A stretch of DNA of 63,570 nucleotides, filler included, from Craspedostauros australis (Eukaryota): the NCBI GenBank assembly GCA_030167865.1. It is 13 parts of 13 records of this genome, joined end to end, with 100 filler letters (N's around TTAATTAATTAA, not from the genome) between each part and the next. Parts side by side here need not be neighbours in the genome. Positions count along the whole stretch, not along the records: positions 60,362 to 62,071 come from JALAGF010004896.1; positions 62,172 to 63,570 come from JALAGF010004908.1; 11 more parts are not named here. One strand, written 5' to 3'. The notes beneath the pieces are model-generated. The model ran no database searches and was not told the origin of the DNA. It saw only the letters and a program-made list of their open reading frames with translations. The stretch's first letter is position 1. Every line of letters starts with the position of its first letter. Below, one piece after another: positions 60,764 through 63,570 of the stretch. Position numbers and translations under genes: made by a program.

Positions 60764-62021
60764 ACTAGACAGCATCATCATCGACTTTGAGACAGCATTC
60801 TTGCATGGAGACCTCGACGAAGAGATCTACATGCAATGCCCAAAAGGCATGAAACACGAAACCGATGAATGTCTGCTGCTCAAGAAAACCATCTACGGAC
60901 TCGTGCAAAGTGCCCGACAATGGAATAAGAAGCTCGTCGACATCCTATTCAAACTGGGGTTCAGGCAGAGCGAGGTAGACCCATGCCTACTGATTCGGAA
61001 TCAGGAAGGGCAACTGCTTTTAATCGGCACCTATGTGGACGATTGTCTCTGCATCGGAGAAANNNNNNNNNNNNNNNNNNNNNNNNNNNNNNNNNNNNNN
61101 NNNNNNNNNNNNGTCAAAGTGGAGGAAGATCTTGAAGACTACCTAAGCTGCAAGATCATATTCAACCATGACAAGACGAACTGTTGGGTGAACCAACCAC
61201 ACATCCTCAAAAACGTCATCGATACGTTCGGGAGCGATGTGCTGAAACTACAACGATACGGAACACCAGGAACACCAGGGCAGGGCATCCAAAGGAACAG
61301 CGATGCACCCAAGGTGGACGAACAGCGACACAGCCGATACCAAAGCGGAGTAGGCATGCTGCTATACCTGGTGAAACACTCTCGACCCGACATCGCCAAT
61401 GCAGTGCGAGAGCTGACCAAAGTATTGGACGGACCAACGGCCTTAGCATACAAGGAGATGCTATGAGTCATGAAGTTCGTATGGGACACAAGAGAATATG
61501 GACTGAAGATGAAACCGAGTCCACTGACCCAAGATGCATGGAAGATTGCAATATTCACCGACAGCGAATTCGCAGGTGACAAGGACAATCGCATCAGCGT
61601 AGGAGGGCACATCGTCCTACTACAAGGAGTACCGATCATATGGAGATCAAAGGCACAACGCAGCGTAACACTCAGCTTGACAGAAGCAGAATACGTCGCA
61701 CTGTCAGAAGCAGGGAAAGAAATCCGCTTCGTGACGCAACTGATGAGAGACATCGGATTAAAGATGCACAANNNNNNNNNNNNNNNNNNNNNNNNNNNNN
61801 NNNNNNNNNNNNNNNNNNNNNNNNNNNNNNNNNNNNNNNNNNNNNNNNNNNNNNNNNNNNNNNNNNNNTTCATACGTGAACTCGTCAAAAATGGAGAAGC
61901 CATAACCAAATTCGTGCGATCGGAAGACAACATCGCAGACGGCTTCACAAAGAACACCAAAAATGAGATCTACGACAACCACAAGAGTCACTTCATCCAA
62001 CTGCGGTCTGCAATGGATTAA
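60764..62021 (+). mobile_element. Copia RT-RNase H fragment, same lineage as 19974-22275 and 28466-29006
   Basis: DFETAFLHG, IYGLVQSARQW, YVDD, RPDIA, DSEFAGD, EAEYVAL, ADGFTK; TGA at 61464 where Arg is expected. Confidence 0.94.
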
Positions 62022-62739
62022 TGGGAGTAAGGCGAAAGGTGAGAGAGAAGGACGGTGATGATGGATGTTATNNNNNNNNNNNNNNNNNNNNNNNNNNNNN
62101 NNNNNNNNNNNNNNNTTAATTAATTAANNNNNNNNNNNNNNNNNNNNNNNNNNNNNNNNNNNNNNNNNNNNCCATTTGGTGATGCCATTGGTTTTTGGGG
62201 GGCACCCACCAACAACGACCATTCGTCGGATATGGTGGGGTGCCGCCTCTTGTAGACCGTCTCCGCGGCGCAAACTTCGCGAGGTGAATCTCCCATTGAT
62301 TCCGCACGCATCTTGTATGGGTGGCTTGGCGATGGTGTGAGTTGGCGATGGTGCCCTGCACAGCCAAAGCCACATGATGGAAACCCCCACGACACACCGC
62401 GAAAATTGTTTGCCCTCCACCTTTTCCTCTGCGCGGAGGACTTCCCAGTCCTCCCCGAGCCTGAAACTTCGTGGGAATCTTGGTCTTGGCCTCCTGGAGC
62501 CATCCTGCCCATCCATAGGCGTTGGGGTGGGCTGTGGATGGAGTACGCCGGCCATATGCAACGAGGCAATCTGGCGCGAAATTGTGACGTTTGATCTGGG
62601 GCCTGCGACGGCCCCAAATCAAGCGCTCTCGCGGCCCCCTCTCGTCCACCCACCAATGGTTGCATTGCGGTGACGGAGATGCGCTTGGATTTTCTTGTGG
62701 ACCACTGGTTGGTGCGGCGCAGTGATTGCCGTTGGACGG

Positions 62740-63410
62740 CCATTGTGGTGTTTTTTGGTGTTTTGCCATTGTCATGTTGTTCGTTTTTGGAGTTTGCCAC
62801 TCTTGACCAGTTGCACATACTGGGGGATAAGGTAATTGCAAACACCTAACCAAATGCACGAAAGAAGCATGACACTAAGCACTTCCGGAGTACCAATGCA
62901 ACTCGACCATTCCGTCACGACGAAACGTAGCTGATGCTGCTTCACATCGTGCTATGATTGGTGGTTCATGACGCAGCACCCAGTCTGGTGACGTAGATGA
63001 CGGATCAGGCAAACATAGGGTAGAATGGATGCAAACGCGCACTCGCCGCTTCTCCCCAAACTCTACAACTAGCGCTATCGTTGACGGGGTGTTGGATGGT
63101 CTGATCGGGACACCTCAAAAAGAGACTAAACAATTCAAAATGGGAACAACCTTGCTGAAACGAAGAACAGCAAAGGGTTAAGTTTGATCGATGTAGTCGT
63201 AGGCGAAAGGCTGAAACCCGAGAGAGATCGAAAATTGCNCATATCCATCGGTCCGTAAAACTTAAAATAGGATCTAACTNAAAAATNNANNGGTTAATTA
63301 TTTGTATTAGACCTACAGGGATTACGAATATGTGCTTGGTTGGGATATCCAAGCTAAAATTTCTGGAGGCCAATAACGGAGTGCAGGTCGACTCACTGAT
63401 CGGGCTCATA
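62740..63410 (-). mobile_element. Terminus and subterminal region of the TATGAGCCC family
   Basis: Reverse complement matches 34484-35160. Confidence 0.72.
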
Positions 63411-63487
63411 CATTTTGTGCATCTTCATGGTGGTAGCCAAACGAATCGTTGTTGTTGCACTGCGGCAGAGACAAATCCAACCTTCTT

Positions 63488-63570
63488 TATGAGCCCGATC
63501 AGTGAGTCGACCAACACTTTGAAATAGACATTCTAACTTTTCATCTGCGATATCCAAACCAAGCACATAT
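63488..63570 (+). mobile_element. Fourth TATGAGCCC-family terminus, oppositely oriented to the one at 63410
   Basis: First 25 bp (TATGAGCCCGATCAGTGAGTCGACC) are identical to the reverse complement at 63386-63410. Confidence 0.72.

Noticed and set aside
62172..62860. ORFs of about 240 aa on the minus strand
   Set aside because: They lie in or next to the transposon subterminal region, are extended by N-runs, and show no protein motif.
1..63570. Apparent gene cluster (FAAL, ABC transporter, GT8, permease, cyclase, GPCR)
   Set aside because: Most of these genes lie on separate concatenated contigs, so there is no physical linkage.

Overview
This is eukaryotic nuclear DNA, most likely from a diatom or other stramenopile: it has GT-AG introns, CoDi-type Copia elements, a class C GPCR, a receptor-type cyclase, a STAND ATPase and an ASAFAP-like presequence. 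It is NOT one locus. It is 13 contigs joined by artificial 100-nt linkers (N-run + TTAATTAATTAA + N-run), so adjacency across a linker means nothing and ORFs ending '...XXXLIN' are artefacts. Host genes: an N-terminal fatty acyl-AMP ligase (FAAL)-type adenylation enzyme that the ORF track missed, a class C GPCR, a putative plastid membrane protein, an adenylate/guanylate cyclase, a TPR-RNA ligase, a U-box-like/PAM2/R3H protein, a GT8 glycosyltransferase, a polyamine/amino-acid permease, a STAND ATPase and a kinase fragment. There are also ABCG and seipin pseudogenes. Much of the rest is nested mobile DNA: Copia fragments, solo LTRs (some with 6-bp TSDs, one family with a non-canonical TG...TA end), a Harbinger transposase, a non-LTR fragment and an unclassified long-TIR family. 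The most unusual item is a pair of Crypton-like tyrosine-recombinase elements, each preceded by its own tandem-repeat array, one with a convergent uncharacterised partner gene. Family assignments come from motif recognition by eye; no database searches were run.
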